DNA of 63,855 nucleotides, the filler included, from Rhabdomonas costata (Eukaryota), in NCBI GenBank assembly GCA_019059605.1. It is 48 parts of 48 records of this genome, joined end to end, with 100 filler letters (N's around TTAATTAATTAA, not from the genome) between each part and the next. Parts side by side here need not be neighbours in the genome. Positions count along the whole stretch, not along the records: positions 11,998 to 13,230 come from JAHMHO010022609.1; positions 13,331 to 14,563 come from JAHMHO010022610.1; positions 14,664 to 15,896 come from JAHMHO010022611.1; positions 15,997 to 17,227 come from JAHMHO010022612.1; positions 17,328 to 18,560 come from JAHMHO010022613.1; positions 18,661 to 19,896 come from JAHMHO010022614.1; positions 19,997 to 21,229 come from JAHMHO010022615.1; positions 21,330 to 22,558 come from JAHMHO010022616.1; 40 more parts are not named here. One strand, given 5' to 3'. The position numbers and the translations under genes are program-made. The notes under the pieces are model-generated. The model did no database searches and was not told the DNA's origin. It was given only the letters and a program-made list of their open reading frames with translations. Within the stretch, counting starts at the first letter, position 1. Every line of letters starts with the position of its first letter. Positions 13,195-27,211 of this stretch are shown one piece after another.

Positions 13195-16100
13195 GTGCGC
13201 TCCCCAACACCCACCACCCACACCCAACACNNNNNNNNNNNNNNNNNNNNNNNNNNNNNNNNNNNNNNNNNNNNTTAATTAATTAANNNNNNNNNNNNNN
13301 NNNNNNNNNNNNNNNNNNNNNNNNNNNNNNTTCAATTCCACTCTCGAGGAACCATCTATCGCTGTGTAATCCCCAGCAAACCTTCTCAATGACACGAAGT
13401 TACCTATAAACCCACGCAATCTCAGATTGTAACGTATGCAACACAGAACTCCAACTCCTCGCTACCAAACCAATGTCAAAAGACATGCTATTTCGTCACA
13501 CCCGCCCGCTCATGCGGACTAAGCACTTGAATAATAGGGAACAGAAATCGTCCACCATCATAGCGAATCTGGGAAGATCCGGAAACCCGAAAATCCTGGG
13601 TATTGGGCGGCTGGGTAGTGACACAAGCTGGGGCCAAGTTTCCTGACTGACAACGGCGATGTGCTGAGCTAGCGGCCACAGCCCTCCCAACATCAAAGCA
13701 GGAACAAAACGGCAGTGCGAGGCTGCTGGGTATCAGCAAGCCGAGCAAATCCCAAATTGAGCCACTCGTTTCTGCATGCGAGCAACTTCAGACTATCGCA
13801 AATCTACACACGCAGAGGCACAAAGGCAAAGAAAACCTTGCACTCCCAGACTATACACCACAAATTGGCGGAGAAGAGTTGGAGAGCAGGCGGAATAAAG
13901 ACAAATCGCACAGTTCCATGAATTGCGCAAAGCGCAGACTTTACGCTTTTCAACGGAGTTTTCAATCCGGGCGCCTTGCAATAGGCATAGAAAGCGCTCG
14001 CAATGACAATGAACAAAGAAAGAAAGAAAGAAAAAACAGAGCACAGTCTATTACCCGCCCAAGCCACGCGGACTGTGTTTCACAAGAGTGCCCAACAAAC
14101 GCAACTCCACCCACAGAACAAAACACGAGATACAAAAAGTACAAAGGGACCCATCATCTCAGCCTTCACCTTCCCAACTTTTCCGTTCCCAATCAGTGGC
14201 GGGTGTAGTGGCCGGTGTTGGGAACGAGTCCCGCACGAAGCTGGGGCTATCACAGGCTGCCGCAGCATCGACTGGGCAGATTCCCGCGGGGGTGCGAAGA
14301 GCTGTGCAGAGCGGCTGCGGGCTTGCGCACGTCGCACGAGAAGAGCAATGACATATTGAAGCTAGAGTAGGGGAAAGGGAAGGACCGCGGCGCAACGAGT
14401 GCCACAGCACTACAGCAAAAGCCGCCGCCTCGGGGATCACCAGAAGCGCCAGCAGAGCCAACAGGGCGGAATTGCTGCTGCTGAACACGACAGTAACATA
14501 AGGAATTATCCTTGGCGACTGGAGGCAATCCTCAGGGAGAGGGAATTAAAATGCCACCCCCACNNNNNNNNNNNNNNNNNNNNNNNNNNNNNNNNNNNNN
14601 NNNNNNNTTAATTAATTAANNNNNNNNNNNNNNNNNNNNNNNNNNNNNNNNNNNNNNNNNNNNGGTTGTGGGGGGGGGCTTTTCTTGTTTTCTGGTATTG
14701 CACCCGAACTAAATTAACTAAATTGCACCGGAGCGTCATTCTTTCCTTTGCAACTTCTTTCTGCTGGCCTACCTGCGAAAGCCCTCGTCATCCTCTTTTG
14801 TTCATGGAGCTTGCATGTTGCACCGCAGCCGTGTGTGTTCCTTTTTGCAGCCTTCTGGTTTTTTTGTGCAACTCAAACATGTCCTCTGTGCAAGGGTTTT
14901 CTTGCAGCTACGTGCAGGTGTGTGCAGGGGGGAAGGTAACGGGCTTTTTAACCTCTTTTTTAAACAATTTTTACAGACAGACAGACAGAATTCGAAGTCA
15001 ACTCTGGACACGCGAACTGCATCATAACGTGAATCTTGTTGAGTTGACTCATTCACAGCCTGTCGAGAGTCTGCCCGCTCTCGAGCGGCGGGTCATGAGC
15101 GGGTTTGAGCACATGGCTCAGGCTTTCATCCGCGAGGCCGAATTCCAGCAGAACAAGCTGACACCTCACATCCAACAGGTCTGGGGGGTCTTGGAGGAAA
15201 GTTCATGTTGAATTGTTGACTGTTCTCTCCTCAGCTTCGCGGAATGTTCAACGCCAAACGGACAGTTTTTCAGAAGGCACTCTTCGAGAGTGAAGTACCC
15301 ATGGGAAGCGGCAATGGGATTTTTCAAACAGAAGAACCTATTGTTCATTCATCATGCTTGACGCGGTCCACGAACTTCATCATGCGTTCGCGTCCCAGAA
15401 AATTATTCTAAACATCCCCCGCCACTTGATGATGAGCTTCCTATGTTGTTTACTCCACTTGATTATTCTGCTCGGCGTCTTCGTCTGCGCCAATTCCGGT
15501 ATAAAAGACTGACTGTGCCTCTGAGGGCTCCTCCTTTCCAAGCGCACTGCCTGTTTGGTCGCTCTTGCTTGTGGTAGGTTTATGTAAGTATTTTTTTTGT
15601 GACTGAGGCTTGTGGGGTACGTCCTGTCTCGATCGAATTTCAAATATTTCTTCAAAAAAGCCAAAGTAGACAGTTGACCTTGCCAATCTGATATGTTGAT
15701 CTAGTCCACAAAGTGACCAAGCGAATATTATCCGGCATTTGGTTCTGTTTCCAACCGATTCGCCCGATCCGCCTTTACCGAGGCACTCTCGCAAGTGCAC
15801 AGCCAGCACCAGAGCACGGCACAGCACCGGAGCACGGCACACGCGAGGAGCTGCTGCTGCTGCTGCTGCTAGAACGCCGTCTGTCATCTCGAGAATNNNN
15901 NNNNNNNNNNNNNNNNNNNNNNNNNNNNNNNNNNNNNNNNTTAATTAATTAANNNNNNNNNNNNNNNNNNNNNNNNNNNNNNNNNNNNNNNNNNNNTTGT
16001 GTTGTGAGCATTTGTATTCGTGGAGAGATCTGACCTGTTGAGCAACAGCAATAAGTTTGGAGAAAGATATCTAGATGGCCGCTTTATTGTTGCATTTCCT

Positions 16101-16838
16101 TTGCACAGGAGAGTGGGTCGGAGCACTCTCGGCCTAACCATGCTCATGTTCATGTTCATGGCTTCGAGGCGGACAGTGGGCACGAGGTACGTACAGCATT
16201 TTACTCCTGCGCCCAAGTTGTATCCCCAAGCGCACTGCACAACTGCACCGCGTGCAGCTGCTTGAGGCTCATCCGTGTTGGGTTACTGCGACTTCCTCAC
16301 TTTGTTTTTTTTGCCGTTTTGGCTGTGCGCCGTCGGGCTATGGAAAGCGAATTCGGGTGAGGTCGGAGTGGGATGCATCTTTTCCGCAGAAACACGATGG
16401 TGTCAGCTCGTACCAGCTTCAGCTGCTGAGCTTGGAGTCCTCGAAGCGGATGTATGTCATTTCTTGGCGCGCTGCTTTTTTTGTGCTAATCTGGGCAAAG
16501 CAAAGTGAGGCTGTGGGAAGGGATGTGTGTTGTCCACTCCGCCCCGCCACATGGAGGAGCATTTGTGCCTTTTTGACTCTATTCGATGTTGCGATGGGGG
16601 GGCTTGATGCGCGGTACCCTGGAGAACCGTTCTGCCTGTGTCTTCGACTGTGAGTGTGTGTGTGTTTTTTTCGCTTCCGGGTGGCACGAAAAATACCTCA
16701 GGAGAATTGCTGCTGAGGAGGACACCTGCTGGGAGCTGCTGATGACCCAAACGGTGTGCCATGTGTCTGAGTTGCGTAGTAGCCTTCTTGTGACCATTCG
16801 TAGCGTTCATTTGCGCGGAAGGTTTGTCTGCGTGCTTC

Positions 16839-17220
16839 TGGCATCGGTAAATCAGCCGGAAAAACTCCCTGGAGTCAACCATCCCAGATCTCTTTGGGGA
16901 AGAGTTTGTGTCTACCGGGAGCAAGGAAGTGAATCTGAGCCCGATTAGTTCGTGCATGAACCTGCCCTTTGCGCCCTTTGCGCTTGATGCACATGCATCT
17001 TCGGGAAGCTTGACGGTTTTATCCTGGCAAAACTAGAGTCAGCGATATTTCCGAGGTTGCACAGAACAATTGAGAACAATTATATTGAAAATCAGTCTTC
17101 ATTGAGGGGATGATGGCTTGTTGATTTGCAGAGCCCCGGATGCCCTGTCCCCACCCCTTCAGCAAAGAGATCTGGGATGGTTGACTCCAGGGAGTTTTTC
17201 CGGCTGATTTACCGATGCCA
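16839..17220. repeat. 58-bp inverted repeat (16839-16896 vs 17163-17220) at contig end, probable amplification chimera
   Basis: Exact reverse complement ending next to the C/A-rich contig tail. Confidence 0.85.
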
Positions 17221-20200
17221 CACCCACNNNNNNNNNNNNNNNNNNNNNNNNNNNNNNNNNNNNNNNNNNNNTTAATTAATTAANNNNNNNNNNNNNNNNN
17301 NNNNNNNNNNNNNNNNNNNNNNNNNNNGAGTTTTCTGTGCCCTGGAACCAAGAACAACAAGACAAGAAAAAATTCTGGGCCCAGAGCATAACAGCAGCAC
17401 ACTTTTGTTCCGCTGCGTGTTGCTGAGCCTCAAACCAAATGCACACGGAAGGGACGGTTCAAAAGAACCAAGCCGTCTCTGGAACAAAACACCAAGGAAG
17501 AAAGCGTGCGTCCAAAGGTCAGCAAGGCAACCGTTGACAAGCCTAGAGCTCTGCTCTTGTGGAAGGTGGGGGTGTGCCAGTGGGGGACCAACTTTGATCC
17601 CGGAAGGAGAGAGGTATAGCTTCTGGAATAACCGCAAAAAGGCACAGACCAGCACCACCGAAAGAAAAACGCGGGCTGACCTTTTATAGCCAAGAGGAAA
17701 GGGAAACGCTGCGGCTCAAAAATACCGAAGGAAAGCGAAGAATAAGGAATTTCAAAAAATGTGGAAGCTTTGGTATCTTCTTTTTACATCGGATTTGGGT
17801 AGGGTAAAAGATTGAAGCAGGAAAGTCAGTAAAAGACAAAAATACCCTCTGGGGCCGCCATTATTTGAAGTCAAAAAATCAGTAGTTGCTCCTCATTTCA
17901 AAAAGTAAACGAGCTGATCATGGGTTTAACCAGAAAAATTGTAAGGATGGTAAAAAGATGTCAGGGTGTAGCTCGGGTTTTTTTTTTGCCTTTGTTGCAT
18001 CGTTTCCAATGCAATTTTATTGTTTTTGCATATTAAAGCAGCAGTTGATCATGAAGAAACCTACAAATTGAAGAAGAAAGAAAGAGAAAAGGAAAACTCA
18101 CTCGTATCAGAGTGTAAGTTTCAAGTCAGCTCTCTCGACAGGCTTTCCAGTCCCCCCGAGTGTCATCATCAAGGGAACGCCTGAGCATCGTCGAGCGGCA
18201 AAAATGGGGCTAAATTGTGGGCAACAAAGCCCTTTGGCTGTTTGTTGCTGTGAATTTCCTGTAAAGGCAATTTCCAAGGAGGGTGGGCAATTGAACTCCG
18301 AGCCTACCGGCGGTGTGTCAGTTGGCTTTCGCACAGCATAAGGACCAGGTAAACCCGCGACCTCAGACCTATTGAGTTGCTTGGATAAGTCAAGTGATGC
18401 AAGACTCAAATGAGGCAATTCAGAGGCCGTGGAAATTCCGCCTGGAAGGGATGTATCCTTTGTTGGGTTTTTTCCTTGCTGCAGAATTGCTGGTTGACGA
18501 TACCCAGCGGAGTTTACAGGAGCTCACTCGTTAGCCGAGTGAGCTCCTGTAAACCCCACANNNNNNNNNNNNNNNNNNNNNNNNNNNNNNNNNNNNNNNN
18601 NNNNTTAATTAATTAANNNNNNNNNNNNNNNNNNNNNNNNNNNNNNNNNNNNNNNNNNNNAATACACACCTGAAGGGTCAGGGGTTTCTCCGGTTTCTGG
18701 TGTGATAGCTTCAAGAGTCTCTCAAGCAAGTATCGAAACTCCGCTTCGCTTCCCCACCCCCCTCTCTCACCCAAACGGCGCAGTGAAGTTCTCCGAATGC
18801 GACGCACAGCACTCGGAGCTGCTGGTGACGGCGGTGCTTTCATTTGAGTTCTTGGTGTGTGTGTGTGTGTGTGTGTGTGTGTATCCGGTGGCGATACAAT
18901 GCCGGGTGAAGGAAAAAAGCAGAGAGCGAGAGAAGTGCGTGATTTTTGTGTTTGTTGTGTTCCGCGAGTAACATCTGCAAATGGATTTGGTTCACAATTT
19001 ACGGTGGCCAGATGTCGGCAGAAGAAGGAGCGGTTTGGGCGGGAAAATGATGGGTGAGCGGCGAGGGGCGGGTCATCGTGTTAATCGTTTTGCTGGGGAT
19101 GTATTGGTGAGAAAATGCGAAGGAAATACCGTATTCACGACGTTCTTGGGTTCCAAGGCCCTCCAAAATTCCTCTTGAGTGCTTCCACAAGTCTGTCTTG
19201 AGCGCTTTTGAGGGTAGAAAGGAAGTCGGGATGCAGCACACACATCCACACATCCATGTGCTCGGGGCCCACCGCAGGAGAACCTCCGTGGAAGGAAACA
19301 CCCTCCCTCGGAAGAGGAGTTGCAAGGTCTCCACCCCACCCACCTACACAAAAACATGTACACAAAATGCTTTGAGATGGGCAGGCAACCGCAGAAAGCT
19401 GTAGTGAACCCACCCGATCCTGTAAGAAGAAAGGGTAACCAGTAACATGTCCTGGTCCCAGCCGAAAATGGAGCACCACGCCACATTGGACTTTGTTAAA
19501 GCGCCCGTGTTGCTCATGACATGTTGCGGATGTGGAGGCTGTCTACAGTTCAAATTTTCAGCTTTTGGTCCCCACAGGACGTCCTCAGGAAAGCATTCAG
19601 GAGAAATGGGGCAGGACTGAGTTCGGGCTGCAAAGCGCAGACGGAGAGTGTGATTTCTCACAGGAATTATGCAATCTCTCTAATGTTCGCGTTTGCTTAT
19701 ACGTATTTGGGTTGGCGTCCCCGCTAAGCTGAGCTTTTGTTCACTCAACCACACACACTGACACTCCATCCTGAGATGAGGTCCCCGTGAGGCGGAAAGT
19801 TTGCCAGGTAAACCATATGGCAAAAGCTTTATGCACACACACTCGGGGGAATTGGGATCTGCTCTCTTCGTTCTCGTCTATTCTGCACAACCAACCNNNN
19901 NNNNNNNNNNNNNNNNNNNNNNNNNNNNNNNNNNNNNNNNTTAATTAATTAANNNNNNNNNNNNNNNNNNNNNNNNNNNNNNNNNNNNNNNNNNNNTTTT
20001 GGTGGTACAGCACGTAGCCTGTTGGCGAGTTGGGGGCGCAAAATACGAAGCTGAATAAAACCTCGTCCGGAAGAAACAGCGGAGCAGCAGGCTAGCCTTT
20101 ATTCTCGAGCACTAAGAAGACCGACAGAAACAAAAAGGTTTGCTGCGAATTCACTAGACGTTTGAGCGGGGTATAACTGAGTCAGATGTCCAGTATAGAA

Positions 20201-22961
20201 GTCAGAAGGGAAGAGAGAAAGAGAGACGCATGACCTGCCAAATCACCGCACACCGATGGAACGAATGCTCGGAATCCTGAAGATTCTCATGCTCACTCAG
20301 GGAATCAGAAACGTGGGAGTGTGCGCCGGGTTTATCGGGCGCGTGCGCCAAAAGACATATTGATCGGAGCGGGGTGCCACCATACTCTGTTCCAGCTCGA
20401 GTCCTCCGTAAAAGAGCCCCTCGGGATACGTGTCCTGGCCAAGCACGGCCTTAAAGATCGTCTTGAAGCCGCACTGAAGCACCTTCCAAAGCTGCAGGAG
20501 GAAGAGACACCACGTATAAAGAGGGAAGAAAGGAAAAACCAGTGTCCGGTCTCTGATGCTCCATTCTTGAACCCCCTCCCCCCTCCCATCTCACAGTTAC
20601 GCAAGGGTAACAGATAATGATCAGTAATGATCCGTGGAGGCTTCAGGCGGCCTCGAGCCATTTGCCTGGCAGCGTAGGATGGGAATTTCTTTGTAAATAT
20701 GTTGTGGGTGCTGCCGTACACCCTGTTGCTGCAATGGGCAAGAAGTGGCACAAAAAGGAATACGGGCCAACAAAACCCCGAGGACTGACCGCGCACCGGT
20801 TCGGCAGGCCTGCTATAGACCACAGACACGCTTCGGATTGGCCCTCTCACAACCAGGTCAAGGTTACATGTCCGAGGTCTATGCTCATCATTGGTCTTCT
20901 CAGTGTAATGTCCAAGCCTTTCTTCTTGCTCATAAATCCAACTCATTTCACATTTGCACTCGCCCTTTTAACGTTCTGTTTTGAAAAACAGTGCTGATTT
21001 ACCCTTGGCAGGTTGGCAGGCCTAAGTTCGGCAGTTGTCACGATATAGCACCCCCCCCCCTTCCCGGGTGGAGGCATGTTGCTGGGGACGGAGGAGGGGG
21101 GGTTCTGCCCTCCCAGACCAACCCGTACGTGCTTCGCCTCGCCCCCGCCATCGCCTCCTAACCATCTCCCTTCCCCATACCAAAAGTCTCTCCTTTCTAC
21201 AAGCTTCGCCTCCTCACCCTAGCCCCACCNNNNNNNNNNNNNNNNNNNNNNNNNNNNNNNNNNNNNNNNNNNNTTAATTAATTAANNNNNNNNNNNNNNN
21301 NNNNNNNNNNNNNNNNNNNNNNNNNNNNNGTTTTGGGTTTGGTTGTTTTTGTTTCCGCACGGTGTTTCGTCGCCACAGGTCAGGATTATTTTGATCAGCT
21401 CTGCCCCAATTTGTGTCATTTCGCGAGATAAAGTGCAAAGGTTCAAGTTCAGCGTGACAGGTTGTCGTTGAATGCAGTGAAGCCAGTAAGATACATGAAG
21501 AAACGACCAGAAAGGATGTGCACCTCAGTCTGGTGTGCACATCTGCAAGAAGTTTTGAGCTATTGTCAGATCTTGCGTGTTCTCAGCGACCTTCTGGGTA
21601 CGGTCGCGCCCCCTGCTCACAAGATGTCACGCACTTTCAACTGCTGCACGAAAAAGTACATACTTTTGTGAGTTACAAATCGCGCAAATCGGCATGTTCC
21701 CGTGGTTTGACCCGTTTTTTTTTGGGGGGTGTTTTCCGTCCGGCACATCTCACCCAGTCAACCCATCCTCTGTGACTTTTTGAAGTGCAGCATGGTTAGT
21801 TGCTGCTCGGGCGCTTCTCGCATCTCTTTTAGGTTTGTCGAGTCCTCTGAGAAAGGAGCGGTCAACGTCCCTTGGAATGACATGCCCTAAGGTGTGCCGT
21901 TGCGTGGTACGTTTGTTTCTTGGCGGATGCCACCGCATAACTTTCATCAGAGTAGCTTCCGGTGCACTCGACTGCCATTTTTTGCAGCTTGCCCCTTTGA
22001 GTGAATGTTTTTGTTTCCTTTAGCTACTTATAAACGTGGTTGATAACGTGTTTCTTCTGGCGGGACCGAAGTTTGGAACCAAGATCATGAGAACGAACTA
22101 CTACTTGATCGAAGTTCTCTGGTGCCGCACAATGAATTGCCGACTCACTTTCCCCGGCGCTCAGGGTCCTCCGCGGTTCATCTTCGCTCCAGACCGCTCC
22201 CGCCTTCTGGCGGCCTGGCGGGAGTATCGCATTAAGGCGGGAACCCGCAACATTGCCCATCTGGGCTCTGTTCCTGTGACGGTTCCTTCAAAGGCTTCCG
22301 AAGGACCGGATGTTGCTTCTCCCACCAGCAAGACCCGCTCCCCACTCCCACTACGGCTGCAATCCCTGAGGAAGTTGTCCGAAGAATGCCTCGAGCCCGT
22401 GCTGGAGTGCGAGTCTTTGCTGATTTGCGAGCCCCATCCTGTTCATGCGAAGCCCCTGGTGCCTCACTCCCTGTCCTCCTCTGGGGACGAGGGCCATTCA
22501 CGCGCCTCTCTTTCCCCAGTCCGAGTTCGAGCTTCGGCGTGGGCCCACCATCACTTGGNNNNNNNNNNNNNNNNNNNNNNNNNNNNNNNNNNNNNNNNNN
22601 NNTTAATTAATTAANNNNNNNNNNNNNNNNNNNNNNNNNNNNNNNNNNNNNNNNNNNNGTGTGGGTGTTTTGCAGTCCAGCACGAACCAGCAGAAAGTTC
22701 GATTCAACAGCAGCATCAAAATCACTGTTTCAGGCCGTTGTAACTGCATTTAGCTCGTGCGTTCAGGGGAAGCGCAGCGTCGTTGAGCGGTTATTCTGTG
22801 ACATAACCAACAAAGAAGATAAAAAGAAACAAGTAGGCAGGGAATGCCAAGAAGGATGGGGCCCGACATAGTGAAGCACCTTCCGCGGTGAGAGATGATT
22901 ATACAGCGGGTAGGCACAGAAGAGCACTGAACGATGGGAGCAAGCGGCCAAGTAGCATGAC

Positions 22962-23159
22962 CTGGAGTGTGGGATTGCTGTCCACCGTGGTGAGCTCAGC
23001 TGGGCCACAGTGGTATGCCTCGAAGCGCAGCGAGGTCACCGGCTTGTCCTTGAAGACTGTGATTAGAGAGCGCAGCCGAAGGGCGCCGGCCATCTCCCAC
23101 GAGTACACCCGAATCGTACCCCCGGCGTCGGCCGAAAACAGAACCTCCCCTGCGGAGTC
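22962..23159 (-). CDS. WD40-repeat protein exon (WDR13-like, tentative)
   Basis: DSAGEVLFSADAGGTIRVYSW...KPVTSLRF; 198-bp phase-0 exon with CAG/GT boundaries. Confidence 0.55.
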
Positions 23160-25413
23160 CTGAGAACAGAAGCCACAAGCACACAAGGGCAGCGCTGCAG
23201 ACACCGCACTCATACGCTTACGCTTTGGGTTGCGGTTAAGAGACAACTTACAAAAAACCGAATCACAGGTGACTTGCAAACGCGCAGGAACTCATCAAAG
23301 CACTTGAAGAAGTCTCTCTGTTTATGCCCATGTCGGAACAACATCCGCACAAGCGGAGCTGGTCCCGCCGCTCACAGCAAATGGCGCCTTTATAAACGAA
23401 CATTTTAATGCCAGCATTTTCAGGTGATATGGACTCACGCCTTGCTCCGGACTATGTTTGTTACGAAGCTCAATTAAAAAGCAGGCAAAAGGATACAGAA
23501 TATGGAGAACATACCCGGCATTCCTTCCTTGAAAAGGTCAAGACCGGCTCTTTCAGTGTGAATCCCCTTCACTGCTTTCACTGCAGAGAGGATTTGAATT
23601 TTACGAAATCCTACAAAGCAGAGGCGATGTGAGGAGTCTTCCAGCGCGCACCCATTCGACGCAGTACACAGGTTTCTTCTCCTTCACCACCACCAGGGCC
23701 TTCCCTGTAGAGGCTACTGCCGGCGTCGCGAACCTCACCAATCGGCATCGGAAATGGGGGGGTATTTCGGCCCAAAACCCAAAACGCTGGGTGAGACGCC
23801 ACGCCACTCCCGGAAACCTAAAATTGACCTCAGAACTCGAGCTACAGTGACAGTTTGGGGCTTGGTGGTATGGTAAGAGGAGTAGGCGTTNNNNNNNNNN
23901 NNNNNNNNNNNNNNNNNNNNNNNNNNNNNNNNNNTTAATTAATTAANNNNNNNNNNNNNNNNNNNNNNNNNNNNNNNNNNNNNNNNNNNNGGTTGGTTGG
24001 CTATATCACTTTTGAGTCTGAGTTTGTTTGTGACGCTTCTATCAGCAGGCTTTCTGCGCGATGCCCTTCTGCTCAATCTAATGCAGCGTTGTGAGCGAGT
24101 GCCTGTTTATGTGCATGTGTGTGTGTGTGTGTGTGTGTGTGTTGTATTTCAGGGCTACGACGTATTTGTCACGGTGCGGCCCAACAGCCGGCCGCTTTCG
24201 CTTTGCCCATCTTCCAATGAGGGCATCTCCGAGGACATCTCCGCCGGTCGTTGCAAGGTTGTTGCCTGTCAATGCCTGCTGCGCATCAGTGTCGAGGAGA
24301 CTTCGGCTTTGACATCGGTTTTGCTTTGTATGAAGCCGCTGATTTTGTCTTGCAGGAGCTGTCTTCAGAGAAAGTCGGAAGGAATAATTGACGCCAAACT
24401 TTCTTCGGCCACAACTGTTACTACTCCCCAACTTCCATTGCACCCTAGGTTAGTGTGGCGGAGTACCTTGGGCTGCTGCGGGAGATTCACGCTGTAGCTG
24501 CTGTGCAGCTCCACGACACCTGCCCCAGCTGCGCGACCGCCAAGAAGAGAGCCCAGCACGTCGCTCGCTGCAGGGCTTGGCTACTTCAGATGCTGCATCC
24601 TGCCGTGGCGTCCACAGTCCCTGCAGTGGAGGGGAAGGCTGCTGCGTCCGCATTGAACCAGGTACTTTCAAGGTGAGCTGTGTATGTGCGGTTGGATGCC
24701 CTGCAACACGGGCGTCAGAAGGATGAACGCGAGTGTTCTCGAGCGGCGGATGTGAGGTGCTGGTTAAGTCGAGAACTCCTGCTGCCCTGGGCGTTATTGT
24801 TGGTGGGAGCTGTCTTTTGGCCATTGAGGGAGGAGGTGTTCGTGGAGCTGGACAAAGAGTTCCCCTTACGATGCAAGCCAATCGTTCCGTTCTCTCATCG
24901 GGTGGCAGAGCAAGCTGAAATACGCAGTAATGCGGACAGCTCCTCGCTGAAGTAGTGCCCCATGTGGTTCAGCAACGGTGTCAATTGAATCGTACGTCTC
25001 ACCGCTGCTGTGTCTGTCGCGAATCATTCGATTTGCAAAAAATGACACACCCACAGAGTCACGCCAGAGGCTGCCCACCACACAGCCTCAACGAGCCGAA
25101 GAGGCTCTCTCCCCGTCAATTAAGAGAGAATCCTCATCAAGAATTCATCATGAATTCCGACATCAGCATTCCCACAACCAAAGAGAGAGAGACACACACA
25201 CACACACTCAACACCAGCAAGCGCNNNNNNNNNNNNNNNNNNNNNNNNNNNNNNNNNNNNNNNNNNNNTTAATTAATTAANNNNNNNNNNNNNNNNNNNN
25301 NNNNNNNNNNNNNNNNNNNNNNNNCGATCTACTTTCTTTCCCGCAAAACTCCGATTTCGGTCGTTTCGTTTTGGTTTCCTTTAGTATGCGCCTATCCTTT
25401 GTGCGCCCCGCAG

Positions 25414-26453
25414 ACATTGTGGGGTTCACCGCGCTGTGCGAGGAGGTGGCGCTGGACGTGCTGAAGCGAGTCACCACGGAGTACATGCAAAGGATATGCG
25501 GGGTGATCGTGCACACCGGGGGAGTGCTGGACAAGGCGTGGCACCACCCCTTCTTGCCACAGTCTTTTTTTTCCTTGGTGTTGTGGTCGTTGCGTGTGTT
25601 TTGCAGTCAGTATGTACATTGTGGCTCGCAAGACGCGCGCCCTCTATTGCAGCAGAGCAGACGGTTCTCATCCCAACTCATCTAAACACACGCACATACA
25701 CAGTTCATCGGGGACTGCATCATGGCGCTGTGGAACGTCCCTCGCCCCCTGCCTGGGCATTCCCGGGCGGCGTGCCACGCGGCTCTACGGATGCAGCTGG
25801 AGCTGCTGAAGCTGTGGGAGAAGTGGGAGCTCGAGCCCGGGGTGCCCCGACTTCGGTGTATTTTGTGCATGCACGCGCTGGTGGTGGTGCCACAGCTTCG
25901 TCTCTCGTGGTGGGCAAGTACTGTACTGTATTTCCCGAACCGCCCCACTCCTGTCCCACTCTCCATTCCAAGGTTCTCAACCTTCCATCCGCCCTCCCGT
26001 GACCTTTTTCCCATCCCTAGATTCCGATGTGGGATCAACACGGCGCGCGTTATGGTGGGCAACTTCGGCTGCGACTACCGCATCTCCTACACCGTGATGG
26101 GCATGTCACACTTCCACCCCACCCTAACCCACCCCATCCCCGCACTACCACTCACCCTTTCACTAGGCACTCCATTTCTTCTGGACTCCAGAACCTGGTG
26201 TGACTGTATCCTCCAAAGGTGCCATGCCACCCAGAATCTCCTGGTCCCAAATGTGGCCCCCGGGAACACCACGTTCCTTCTTAAAGGCTAGAACCGCCCC
26301 TTTCTTGGTGATCGGCAAAATGGGCATAGCACATCCGCACCGTAATGTGGCGTTTCGAGGACTGTGCCACCTCCAGCACACCACCGAAACACCCTTTTCA
26401 CGACTTCAGGGGATGGGGTCAACGTGGCCAGCCGCCTGGAAGCCGCGAACAAG
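25414..26453 (+). CDS. Class III adenylate cyclase catalytic domain, exons 25414-25535, 25704-25855, 26021-26100, 26410-26453
   Basis: Spliced product DIVGFT...GGVLDK|FIGDCIMALWN...CGINTARVMVGNFG..RISYTVMG|DGVNVASRLE; Lys and Thr at the specificity positions as in bacterial-type class IIIb ACs; two GC donors. Confidence 0.93.
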
Positions 26454-26719
26454 GTCCTGCACATATTCTCGCTGCGGCGTTGCCAAATCATGCTTCGTTT
26501 GGTTGCCACGAGCGATGGGGAAGATTTTTCGGCGATTGTCACAATACCCCCCACACNNNNNNNNNNNNNNNNNNNNNNNNNNNNNNNNNNNNNNNNNNNN
26601 TTAATTAATTAANNNNNNNNNNNNNNNNNNNNNNNNNNNNNNNNNNNNNNNNNNNNCTTCGGTGCGGAGTACTCGATGGCCTTCAGAGGGGTGCGCTGGA
26701 GCACCGCCCCGCACTGCTG

Positions 26720-27211
26720 GTGCTTGTGGTGGGGCGCAGTACATCCACCCTAACCGAGGTAAAATTAGCGCTGGAACAGTTTCTTCGCACCTGCGAGGTA
26801 GCTCCTCAGCGTGTCATCGCATTGGTAGCGCCTGCTTCGACAGCTGCCGCCAGGAACATCCTGGATATTCCTGTTGTGACTTTGCCTCCGCTTTATGACC
26901 AGTTTCGGGCCGCTCTTGGAAGCGAAGGCGTCCCAGCGTATGCGGCACACCTCTTGGAGTCCACCCCCATAGAGGAGGAGCCTTCACCTGGGATGGAGCC
27001 AGCAACTGCCCCGTTGCCCTCCCCAACACCGGCTCCCGTTGTGCTGGCAGTGGATGACAACCTGATCAACCTGAAGGTGATTTCGTCGATGCTTCGGCAA
27101 GTTGGAATTGGTAGCGATCAAGTGGACAACGGCGACGAGGCCCTGGCGATGTGTACCGCAAAGCCGTACCGAGCAGTGTTTTTGGATTGCCACATGCCTT
27201 CGAAAGACGGG
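26720..27211 (+). CDS. Response-regulator receiver domain (hybrid histidine kinase type), partial
   Basis: VLAVDDNLINLKV...VDNGDEAL...AVFLDCHMPSKDG followed by a GT donor. Confidence 0.85.

Noticed and set aside
18855-18882. (GT)n microsatellites here and near 24116 and 39516
   Set aside because: Ordinary microsatellites; they generate spurious CVCV/THTH ORFs
19997-21229. Contig with coding-looking, frameshifted sequence resembling a retroelement ORF
   Set aside because: No diagnostic motif in any frame
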